Shown piece by piece: positions 39,415 to 50,971 of a stretch of DNA of 64,000 bases. The notes under the pieces are model-generated. The model saw nothing but the letters and a program-made list of their open reading frames with translations, did no database searches and was not told the DNA's origin. Positions within the stretch are counted from its first letter, which is position 1; every line of letters starts with the position of its first letter. This DNA is from Octopus vulgaris (lineage: Eukaryota), in contig OX597814.1 of the NCBI GenBank assembly GCA_951406725.2, positions 164,362,001 through 164,426,000 on the forward strand, given 5' to 3'. The position numbers were made by a program, and so were the translations under genes.

Positions 39415-39943
39415 ATCCTTTCTACTATAGGCAGAAGGTTTGAAATTTTGGGGGAGGGAGTTAGTCAGTAACACCGACGTCAGTGCTCAACTGGTACTTA
39501 TTTTATTGACCCTGAAAGGATGAAAGGGTTCTTTCGATTATAGGCCCAAGGCCTGAAATTTTGTGAGGAGGGGGTTAATCAATTACATCGACTCCAGTGC
39601 TTCACTGGTACTTAATTTATCGACCCCCAAAAGGATAACAGGCAAAGCCTACCTGGGCAGAATTTGAAGTCAAAACGTAATGACAGATGGGATGCCACTA
39701 AACATTTTTACCTGGCGTGCTAACAATTCTGCTAGCTCAGACAAATACATAACAAAAACACCAGGACTTACAAACACATATAACATACAGAAAATTGCAC
39801 TACTAGGCACTGCACACATCCTACGCAGAACACTTTCCATACAATAACCATCAGAGCATCACAACAAATCACAGCACATACCCAAGGCACACAGAGCTGC
39901 GCTCGGTAGTGAAGTGAAAGCACGCTATAAAAATAAAACTACA

Positions 39944-39975
<32 letters not shown>

Positions 39976-40170
39976 GCTTCAAATTTTGGCATAAGACCAG
40001 CAATTTCAAGGGAGGGGATAAGTTGATTACATTGGCCTCAACATTTAACTGATACTTTATCAATCCCAAAAGGATGGAAGGCAAGATCAACCCTGGTGGA
40101 GTTTGAACTCAGAATGTAAAGACAGACAAAATGCTGCTAAGCATTTCATTCAGCATGTTAACAATTTTGC
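39415..40170 (-). mobile_element. SINE family A cluster
   Basis: Three partial or full copies on the minus strand. Confidence 0.8.
39740..39972 (+). mobile_element. R4/Dong-like LINE 3' end
   Basis: IQKIALLGTAHILRRTLSIQ* resembles the C-terminus of RLE-type R4/Dong elements; followed by a short UTR and an (AAT)n tail. Confidence 0.7.
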
Positions 40171-41619
40171 TTTAGTTTTACTTTGGATATTAAGAGTTTG
40201 TTATATTTTCTGTATATAAAAAGAGAAAAAAATCTTTCATAAAATTCTGTGTCCTCAAAATATTTTCTTAAGGAAAAAAGAAAAAAAAAAAGAAGTAAAA
40301 GAAGAAATGAATTTTAAGAAACTCTGCTGAAGGTTTCTAAGAACAAGTGCAGTAATAAAAACACTTGAAACAACAGAAGTTATATGGCTTACTTAAATAT
40401 ATCTACAACTGGATAGGACTAGACTGTTTTGAAATAGCATTTTGAGGCATAACAGAGTATATTGGGCATATTTGAACATAATATATTATAAATTATATAT
40501 TTATAAGTTATAATTCACATGCATAAATATTCACTTAATGTATTAAATATGTTAAGCGGATGTAATGTAGAAGATGATAAGACTGTATTAGTAGCATTGA
40601 CTGATTATAACATTTCAGTGGAAGTTAGTTACTGAATGCAGGTTAAAGAACAGAACTTCACATAAACAGAACTTCACCATTAACACTGGTGTTGCTAGAT
40701 GCCAGCCGATGATGATGACAAAGTGGTTCTCTTTGTTTTAGAATTCATAAATATTAAATTATCCCTTTTCTAAAGAATAAAATTTAGCACAAAGAAGTAA
40801 GTTACTTACATATCCTAGCAACTGGATAAGTGCATTACACAACATTGTTTAACCACTGAAGGAATGCCTCTGGCAATGTGAGATAAGTGGGTTTTTTTCT
40901 TTTGTTTTTCTCTCTCTCTCTTTCTTATTTTACTAAAGAGTTAAAGTGGTCCAGAGATATGATGCTGTCGAAAGGTTCTCGCAGAGTAAAGTTAAACTCA
41001 GCTAGGTAACATAGTTATATAATGAAAAATGTAATTGTTTTATGGACCAACAAGTACAGAAAACATCGACGCTTTTGTTATTCAACAACGTAGAACAATT
41101 TTAATGACAATGAGGATGATTAGGCATTTCTCTTTCTTGATTGCATATCAACCAGGAACTCCAGTAGTCACATAACTGAAGGTCACTTTCAGTTTGACAT
41201 GTAATCAGTTGTAGTTGTCAGTTGGGTTGTTTAGTGTCATATAAAGCTCTTCTTCTTGGCACAAATGCGCACGCTCACCCCCAAAGTTAGGATAAAAGGC
41301 CACTGTTGTTATTGTTTACAAAGAAGTGTTTCAGTGGGTTAATTATACACGACAGATATAAAATCAAGTGCTTTCTGAGTTACCAAGTATTTGGACCTTA
41401 ACATCTATGCTGTTATTAAGGATGTCATTTCAGATTTTGCAATTTTACAAGGATGTCATTTCAGAACTTACAATTATTAACATGCTAACTGCTATGTGTC
41501 AGACCAGTGGTTCATCGCAAACTTCACAAAACTGCCAGTAACAGATTGTAGTGATTAACATGTTAAACTCCAACCATATTTTAGTATGTAGAATGATTTA
41601 TTGCGTAGTGGTATACCTG

Positions 41620-41853
41620 AGGCAGCAAGCTGGCAGAAACGTTAGCACTTCAGGTGAAATGCTTAGCAATATTTCGTCTGCTGCTACGTTCTGAGTTCAA
41701 ATTCCGCTGAGGTTGACTTTGCTTTTCATCCTTTCGAGGTTGATTAAATAAGTACCAGTTACGCATTGGGGTCGATATAATCGACTTAATCCGTTTGTGT
41801 GTCCTTGTTTGTCCTCTCTGTGTTTAGCCCCTCGTGGGTAGTAAAGAAATAGG
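41620..41853 (+). mobile_element. SINE family A
   Basis: Full-length; GGTATACCTGAG direct repeat on both flanks (TSD). Confidence 0.9.
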
Positions 41854-43290
41854 TATACCTGAGAGATTTCAGATGTTCACAATTCTATACATAAATAATA
41901 TTAATTTCTTTTGAGAAGACCAATATTTTTTGTGGAAAGGGCAGATGATTAATAGAAATGGTAATGCTAATTGAAATACCTTAATAACGAGCCTTAACAT
42001 TTGGAGTTCAAATCCTGCCGGGGTTGACTTTGCTTTTCATCCCTCTGAGGTTGATAAAATAGAGACTATATCCCTTCTTTATCAATTCAAGAAATCATGC
42101 CAAAATTAGTAACTAATACTTATAGCAGTAAGTGTATTGAATTGAATCAACCCTAATTTTCTGACTTCTTACATTAGCATAAAGCCTCCCCAAATACCAC
42201 AATAGATAGTGGTGAATGTTATCTCATGAATGATAGCAGTGGTGACTTGCTATTTTGCTAACCAGAATGTCAAACGTCACTATCTCTCTCTCATTAACCT
42301 TGCAGGATAGCAAATGTTACTGCTATCTCAACTCATTAGTGTAGCATCAAAACTTGTAAAAACCAACGCTAAGAGCAATCCTCTACACATCACTTGACCA
42401 GCCAGAAATATCTGCTAAATTTACCCCAAAACCATCTCACTGACATATAAAGGATATGTTAGATAATTTAATCGCATATATATTATGCTTGAAAACAAAC
42501 TGGATGGAATGTTTTGGACCACAAGTCAATTAAATCAGAAGTGACTTTAGGTGAAACAATAATATATCAAGGTAGTGAATTTTATTTATTTTTACTTCTT
42601 AAAGCAATCAACGTAAAAGGTGATGAACTGAGTAGATAAACTTAAAAAAAAAAAAAAGGGAATCATTTAGAAAACAATGTTTATTACTCGCTTTTATTTG
42701 TCAATTCCATTATCAACTGCAGACTATGGACAAAAATCTATAGTGATTTGCTAAAAATGGCCAAATCTCCACAAACAAACACTGTTAACATAAGAGAATT
42801 TTACAATGCTTTCTAGTGCAAGCCAAATGATAACAAGTTGAGCAAGTAGTAACATTTGTTAGCCTCTATAATTAATGAGATGTGAAGTAACATTCAACAT
42901 CCTTTTTAATTAAGAAGATATGTAGTATTCACTGAGTTACCAGTTAGCTTAATAGTAAGCAGTACAACAGTTAGCTGGAACTATCAGATTCTCTAGGTTA
43001 AAAAGGAACATTTGATTTAACGCTTGGTTCTTCATTATGCAGCAAACTGCACTGTTTAAGTCTGGGTTTCTGTTCTAAGGCTGGAAAATAGTACATAGTT
43101 TGGGACACACAAGTACCAGCATAGCACTTGAAGCAGTAGTAACAGAATGACAGAAGTGAGGTTGTGCTTAGAGTTGGGGAAGAGACATTAGAATAGTAGC
43201 AGAAATATTTTGGAAAGCAGAGGTTAATGCAACAGCAATGTAAAGATTAGGAGATGTAATTTCAGTGCTATATGATATATTAATTGTTAA

Positions 43291-43777
43291 CCCTTTGTGG
43301 GCCGGTGAGGTTGGAATTACACACAAGGCCATTGAGGTCCCCTTTTATTTTTGCACATTTAAACACTATCCTAAAGTAATATTTGTTTAATCTTGTATAT
43401 ATGTGTGAGTGCATGATACACAACAAGAAATTTAGCACTTCTTTTTATAGTTTTATAAACTATACATATACAAATAATATAAAATGAAACAAAATTATTT
43501 AGTATATCAATTCGTAACAGTACAAATATGAAGAAAATTGGCTTATAGTTCATCAGAATATCTGAAAAAAGAACAGAAAAAAATAATTTCACAGAAGGCA
43601 AATGGGGTCCAGTTGGACCCAAATTACCGTATTTTATGCTTTAACATCCGTATGACTAGAAATTTTTAACTCAAAATTTGTATGTGCATACATAAGCTAC
43701 TGACGATAAAAGTCATGAGATATAAAATCATCTAAATAAAAAATGTAAAAGTTGCATGACTTTCAAAATTTGAAGGG
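43291..43777. mobile_element. piggyBac-like MITE, second family
   Basis: TTAA|CCCTT...AAGGG|TTAA termini. Confidence 0.65.
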
Positions 43778-43904
43778 TTAATTATATAGTGCGTTGGGAT
43801 TAACTTCTTCTTCTTTAGAGACAGCAAATTGCAAAATTCTACCGTCCATGCCTTTTTCCAAGAGTATTTCCTAGAATATGAATATTAACAACAACAATAA
43901 TAAT

Positions 43905-44597
43905 TTCTAATTAGGCACAAGGATAGCAATTTTGACGAAAGGAATTTAGTTGAAAGCATTGTGTGCAGTACTTGACCAGTAGACTAGTACTTTATTTCAT
44001 CATCCCTGGAAGGATGCAAGTTGAGCTTGATGGGATTTGAAATCAAAACATAAAGTGCTAGAAGAACTGCAAGGTATTTAATAGGATGCTCTAATGTTTC
44101 TGCTAATAATAATTGTTTCTAAAGCAGACACAATGCCTGAGATTTGGGTGGAGAGAGTCAATTAAATCAACCCCAGTACTTGACTGATACTTTCTTTTAT
44201 TGAACCAGAGGGGATGAAAGGTAAAGTTGGCCCCAGCAGGATTTGAACTTAGAACTTAAAGAGCCAGAACAAATACTGTGTGACATTTCATTCAACATGC
44301 TAACAAGCCTTTCTATCCACTGCCTTAATAATAATAATAATAATAATAATGATGATAATGGCTTCAAATTTTGCCACAAGGGCAGCAATTTTGGGGAAGG
44401 GGTTAAGTCAATTACATCGACCCCAGTGTACATCTGGTATTAATTTTATCAACCCCGAAAGGATGAAAGTCAAAGTTGACGTCAATGGAATTTGAACTCA
44501 GAATGTACCAGCAGACGAAATATCACCAAGCATTTGGCCTGGTGCACTGATGATTCTGCCAGCTCACCGCCTTAATAATAATAATAATAATAATAAC

Positions 44598-44632
<35 letters not shown>

Positions 44633-45711
44633 TTTCAAATTTTTGCCACAAGGGCAGCTTGGGGAAGGGGATTAAGTCGATTACATCAACCCCAGTGCAT
44701 AACTGGTACTTATTTAATTGACCCTGAAAGGATGAAAGGCAAAATCGACCTTGATGGAATTTGAACTCAGAACGTACCAGCAGATGAAATACTGCTAAGC
44801 ATTTCACCTGGCATGCTAATGATTCTGCCAGCTCACCACCTTAATAATCATCATCATCATCGTTTAATGTCCGCTTTCCATGCTAGCATGGGTTGGACGG
44901 TTCAACTGGGGTCTGGCAAGCCCGAAGGCTGCACCAGGCCAGTCAGATCTGGCAGTGTTTCTACAGCTGGATGCCCTTCCTAACGCCAACCACTCCGAGA
45001 GTGTAGTGGGTGATTTTATGTGCCACCGACACAGGTGCCAGACGAGGCTGGCAGACGGCCACGCTCGGATGGTGTTTTTTATGTGCCACCGACACAGGTG
45101 CCAGACGAGGCTGGCTGATGGCCACGCTCGGATGGTGTTTTCCTTTGTGTCACCGACACAGGTGCCATGGCGGATGGCACGCTCGGATGGTGTTTGTTAC
45201 GTGCCCTTCGTGTACTGGCTACGGTCACGTTCGGATGGTTTCAAATTTTGCCACAAGGGCAGCAATTTTGGGGAAGGGGTTAAGTCAATTACATCGACCC
45301 CAGTGTACATCTGGTATTAATTTTATCAACCCCGAAAGGATGAAAGACAAAGATGACGTCAATGAAATTTGAACTCAGAATGTACCAGCAGACGAAATAT
45401 CACCAAGCATTTGGTCTGGTGTGCTGATGATTCTGCCAGCTCACCGCTTTAATAATAATAATAATAATAATAACAATAATAATAATAATGATAATAATAA
45501 TGATTTCAAATTTTTGCCAGAAGGGCAGCTTGGGGAAGGGGATTAAGTCGATTACATCAACCCCAGTGCATAACTGGTACTTATTTCATTGACCCTGAAA
45601 GGATGAAAGGCAAAATCGACCTCAATGGAATTTGAACTCAGAACGTACCAGCAGATGAAATACTGCTAAGCATTCCACTTGGCATGCTAATGATTCTGCC
45701 AGCTCACCACC

Positions 45712-45754
<43 letters not shown>

Positions 45755-46200
45755 TAATAATAATAATAATAATCTTTTCTACTAACGGCACAAGGCCTGA
45801 AGTTTTGTGGGAGGAAACTAGCTAATTACATTCACTCCAGCACTTGACTGGTACTTATTTCATTGACCCTGAAAGGATGAAAGGCAAAGTCAACCTTGGC
45901 AGAATTTGAACTTAGATTGTAGCAACAGACCACTAAGCATTTCGCTTGGCATGCTAATGATTCTGCCAGCTTGCTGGTTGATAATAATAATACTAATAAT
46001 AATGATAATAATAATGGCTTCAAATTTTGTCACATAGGCAGCAATTTTGGGGAGGGGATAAGTCGATTATATCAAGCCAAGTGTTCAACTGATACTTAAA
46101 TTGATCTCAGCAGAATTTGAACTCAGGATGTAAAGGCGGACAAAATGCTGCTAAGCACTTTGACCAGTGTGCTAATGAGTCTGCCAGCTCACTGTCTTAA
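43905..46200 (-). mobile_element. Head-to-tail array of about 8 family A SINEs separated by (AAT)n, with an RTE 3' end at 44849-45234
   Basis: Repeated core GAAAGGATGAAAGGCAAAGT...GAATTTGAACTCAG, each unit bounded by AAT tracts. Confidence 0.9.
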
Positions 46201-46625
46201 TGACAATAATAAAGTTGTGGCTCTCCTGGCTTCTGATCTTAACTGATTGGAAGTGTTATCATGTACATGTTTTGTCTTGGTATAAAAGATAAACTACAAC
46301 AAATATTCTGCTCAATACCAGATTTGCTTGTCAGTTGCTTGACTATAAGCAGTTGAGCATGACCTTTAGTGGTTGATAATATGTGCATCTCTGGAGTAAT
46401 AGGGGAGCATTATAGCCATGTGTTGAGAGGAATTCTTTGTGGTTTGAATAATTCTCATCATTCATTATTCTTAAACAAACCTTATTCAGGGATCTTTTGA
46501 GCAAGGTCTGTGCTGTTTATCTTGAGACGGGATCACCACGTTGCGCACATATGGTTTTGAGGCATGTGCCTGTTGTACTCTTATCAGATGTATAGTCATG
46601 GTGGATATATCGGGCTTCATATATT

Positions 46626-47937
46626 TGTAGCTTTTATATCCTTGCATACTGGACATATAATATAATGAAGCAAGGGGAAAGAAAGTATTTACATGACGCA
46701 CTATGATTACTATTACATGAGACTCAATGCTCTACATCACAGCTTACAGTGAATTGTTTACCAACCAGAACTAATGATGACCCGACAGTTGTCTATTTAA
46801 TAAAAATGTCTTAGTCCACTTTTAGTCACATGGGGGTGGTTGGAATCCTTCCACAACATCTCCCCCTTTTAGAATCAGTCTCTCCTATCTTCTCCCCTTT
46901 TGAGAATTGAACTCCACTCGAAGTTTTGATATCTCTTACGCTTAGGGTTTAATTCCAGTGTTTCCGTTCTTTTCCATTTTCTGGTGCTAGAACATGTAGT
47001 TTCAAATTGTTTGGGTGTTGGTACCTCAAACGTGTCGTACAATACTTCCATGGGGATTTCATTTCTTGTGACCATTTTTTCCATGAATGTTTTTTTTTAA
47101 AGTTGGTTGATATATCTTTTGTGTTCAACATTTTTTCCTTTTACCAGGAATATCTTTCGCCCAATTTGTTTAATTATTACACTGTCCTCTCAGCTTTCTT
47201 TACCATATCTATAAGTTATTAGAAAAAACTTTGTCACCTAACTTGAAGAATTATGAAGCATTTTTGTTGTTTGCCTTTTTTTATATTTTTACTCGGTATT
47301 AGCTTATCAAAGATGGATCTGATCTTTCTAGCAAACATCAATTCTGTGGGTGACATTCCTGAGAGTATTGCTATATAGTGGCAGGTAGTTTTTGCAGCTA
47401 AGGCACACCCTCTGCATGCTTTCACTGATTCTTCAATGTCACAGTCTATTGTTGGCTAGTATACATAACTTCTCATTAATGATTTCATTCTTGAAATCCC
47501 TGGGTGACCAATATGAAATTCCTAGTCTTGATAGACGATCTGCATGACCTAATTTTTTGGATAGCATATACTCAATTTTGAAATCAAAGTTTAATAATAT
47601 TATATCCCAGTGTTGCAACCTATTAGCAGTATGGGTAGAGATTCCTTTTTTTCAACCCAAATAGCAATAGTAATGGATGATGATCAGTCTCTAGACGAAA
47701 ACTTCTACCATGTAAAAATCTGTGGAATTTTTTCATGGCAAAAATAATCACTGGAGCTTCTTTTTCAATTTGACTATAGTTTTTCTCTGCTGATATCAGA
47801 GAACGTGAGGCATGAACCACTGCCTTCATGTTACTATCTTTATATCTATGTAGCATTACTGCTCCTATACCGTACTCAGAAGTGTCTGAAGCTACAACAA
47901 TCTCCACTGCAGGATCGAAGTGTGCTAGCAACAAATC
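46626..47937 (-). mobile_element. Decayed, internally deleted Ty3/Gypsy LTR retrotransposon (RNase H, integrase remnants, PPT, 3' LTR)
   Basis: VVASDTSEYGIGAV...HASRSL..AEKNYSQIEKE...TDH; GHADRLSRL; HIGHPGISRMKSLMRSYVY; SPTELMFAR; PPT AAAAGGGGGAGA followed by TGT at 46858. The LTR end at ~46626 is uncertain. Confidence 0.88.
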
Positions 47938-48145
47938 AGGTCTTAATTGAATACCATTCTTGTGAATCTTAGGAAGACTGTACATGTGTGATAGTTTACA
48001 GTGGTGTTGAGTCAGTTGTCTGTACTTCATTGGTGTAAAGTGATTCTTGTTCTTGATCAAGATCTGTGACAACTTCCTCTCTGTTTTCAAAGTAGGGTCT
48101 TTCTTTACTTTGCTGTAGCTACCATCACTTATAAGACTTGAGTTG
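47938..48145 (-). mobile_element. Penelope-like element RT N-terminal fragment
   Basis: YSKVKKDPTLKTERKL...MYSLPKIHKNGIQLRP matches the PLE DPT and Y.LPKIHK..P.RP motifs. Confidence 0.8.
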
Positions 48146-48169
48146 ACCCCAGACATGTTCAAGTGTTTA

Positions 48170-48380
48170 ATTTTTATTTACATTTGACGGATGTTTGTTG
48201 TTAACACAACATTTCAGTTGATATATCCTCCAGCCTTCTTCAGGTGTCTTGAGGAAATTTCGAACCCGTGTTCTCATTCCTAAGGTATTTTTCGATGTTA
48301 TTATTATTATTATTGTTCAGGTCACTGCTTGGAATCGAACTCGGAATCTTGGGGTTAGTAGCCCGCACTTTTAACCACTA
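48170..48380 (-). mobile_element. tRNA-headed repeat with a minimal hammerhead-like motif
   Basis: A-box TAGTGG, B-box GAGTTCGATTCC, (AAT)n spacer, then GACAC-CTGAAGA-stem-GAAA-TGTT-GTGTT (48248-48203). Confidence 0.65.
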
Positions 48381-48479
48381 GGTCATGCAGATTGTCTATC
48401 AAGATTAGGAATTTCATATTGGTCACCTAGGGATTTCAAGAATGACATCATTAATGAGAAGTTATGTATACTAACCAAC

Positions 48480-49970
48480 TGGTACTTGTTTTATCAACCC
48501 CAAAAGGATGAAAGGCAAAGCCAACCACAGTGAAATTTGAACTCAGAATATGAAGACGGCTGAAATGCTGCCTAACACCCTAATGATTCTGCCAGCTGGC
48601 TGCTTCTAATTTTTAGGTACAAGGCCAACAGTTTTGAGAGATGGGGGTTAATCCATACCACTGACTCTAATACTTTATTTTATTTACCCTCAAGGGATGA
48701 AAAGCTAAGTTACTTTGGTGGGTTTTGAACTAAAAAATAGTGTAAAAGCTAAAAGAAGCAACACAAGGCATTTTGTCTGGCTCTTTCATGAGCAGATTAC
48801 TTACAAGGTCAAATTTTGTACTGAAAATCAATTGATTGGATTTCAAAATATTACTTATTTTATTGACAGTCCAACTCAGATTGATTTAAAAAAGAAAAAA
48901 ATGAAATTGGCACAATGATCTCTAATGTCATCAAGCTCTTCACTATAAATAACATTTAGGCATTAAGCCAGATATTCTAAGTGGAGCAGTAAGTCAATTA
49001 AATCGACCTCCCCTCCACCATCCAGTATTTGATTGATACTTTATATTCATAAACCTCAAAAGGAGGAAAGGCAAAGTTGACTTCAGTGCAATTTGAACTC
49101 ACAATGTAAAGCACTAGAACAAATACTTCAAAGCCTTTTTCTCAAGCTCTAATGATTCTGCCAATCTATCACACTTAAAATAATGGTTTCTGATTTAAGC
49201 ACAAGGCCAGCAATTTTGAGGGGAGGGAGTCAGTATGTAACATCAACCCTCCAATACTTGACAGGTACTATATTTTATTGACACCTTCCCTCCATTAATA
49301 ATAATGGTTGCAAGTTTTGGCACAGGGCTAGCAATTTTAGGGGAGGGATAAGCTGGTAACATTGACACCCCCAAATGGATGAAAAGCAAAGATGATCTTG
49401 GCAGAATGTGAACTCAGAACACAAAGACAGACAAAATGTTGCTAAGCCTTTTGTCCAGGTGCTAACAATTCTGCCAGATCACCTTATTATAATTATCATC
49501 ATCATCATTATTATTATTATCATTATTTCATGTTCTGAGTTCAAATTCTGCTGAGGTCGACTCTGCCTTTCATCCTTTCGGGATCGATAAGTAAAGTACC
49601 AGTGAAACACTGGGGTCGATGTAATTGACTAGGCTCCTCCCGCCAAATTTCAGACCTTGTGTTTTTAGTAGAAAGGATTATTATTTCACGTTCTGAGTTC
49701 AAATTCTGCTGAGGTCGACTCTGCCTTTAATCTTTTTGGGGTCGATGAAACAAGAACCAGTTGAGTACTGGGGTCTATGTAATTGACTATCCACCTGTCC
49801 CAAATTTCAGGCCTTGTGTCTATAGTAGAAAGGATTATAATTATTAATAATAATGGTTTCTATTTAGGTACAAGGCCAGCAATTGTGAGGGGTAGGGAAT
49901 TAGTTGATAGCATCAAACCTAGTACTTGTCTGGTACTTTTTATCGACCCTAGGTATGAAAGGCAAGCCAT
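48480..49970. mobile_element. Second array of family A SINEs (minus-strand copies 48480-49490, plus-strand copies 49530-49840)
   Basis: Repeated core and tail motifs in both orientations. Confidence 0.85.
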
Positions 49971-50971
49971 TACTCTTCTAGGTAAAGGTAAGAAGGCCAA
50001 AACTTCTCGTATCTTCTCCTACAGAGCTGAACTGTCATAAGATCTGTGCAAGGGGTAATTATAAATACGTGGTTATAGCAAAGGAAAACAAAACCTACTA
50101 GTTTCTGAGTTACTCAGTCATGTAGTTGTACCTAATTGACTATATAATTATCCAGTATTTGAAATTTGACAAAGTAGCTGGCATTTGTTAATCAGGCGAG
50201 TCCTTTCTTCAATGTAACCTCAAACCCGGAATAGTCCTTTAGAGAAGGAAAACAAATAAAACCTAAGGAAATGAAATAAAGTCTTTACAAAATTCGAAGG
50301 ACTCTATTGGAAACGTTGACAAGGTGTTACCCGCTTTACACACACACACACACGTACACACAGACATATACACACACTCACACTACTGTTAGCACCGTGG
50401 TTACATCAACACATGTCGTGAATCAGATATTGAAGATTAAAATAATGGCTAGTGTCCCGATAACAGTTATGTACATATTAATTAAAAACGTTACACATTC
50501 CAGCCATGTGAATACAAATACTTTATCAGGATAAATATATTTATAGTAATATCGATACTATCTGAACACAACTGCATCAATCCCCACCCACAAAATATCC
50601 TTCTCGCATATATAAACACATGCACACACACAACCTAAATCACACATACACATACCAACATGCACTAATCAAAACACACCCACATTCAGTTAGATAAACG
50701 TATGTCAACATAATCAAATGAACACTCAATACAACATATTAACACCTACCTACGAATATGACACACACACACACACACATCAGTGTGTCAAACATGATAG
50801 GGGAGTTTTCTTTATAAGCATTGCAGTACTATATTGATTTTTTTAAAAATCATAGATAAAGAGTATAAGCAATATTATTGACTCAAAACATTACTCTTAT
50901 TTATCCATGTAGATATATAAACATCAAACCCTTTGTTTCATATGTATGTATGTATATCGCATTATATTTAC

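Noticed and set aside
43905-46200. Regularly spaced repeats that superficially resemble a CRISPR array
   Set aside because: Units are ~200-bp tRNA-derived SINEs separated by AAT microsatellites, with no unique spacers or cas genes, in a eukaryotic context.
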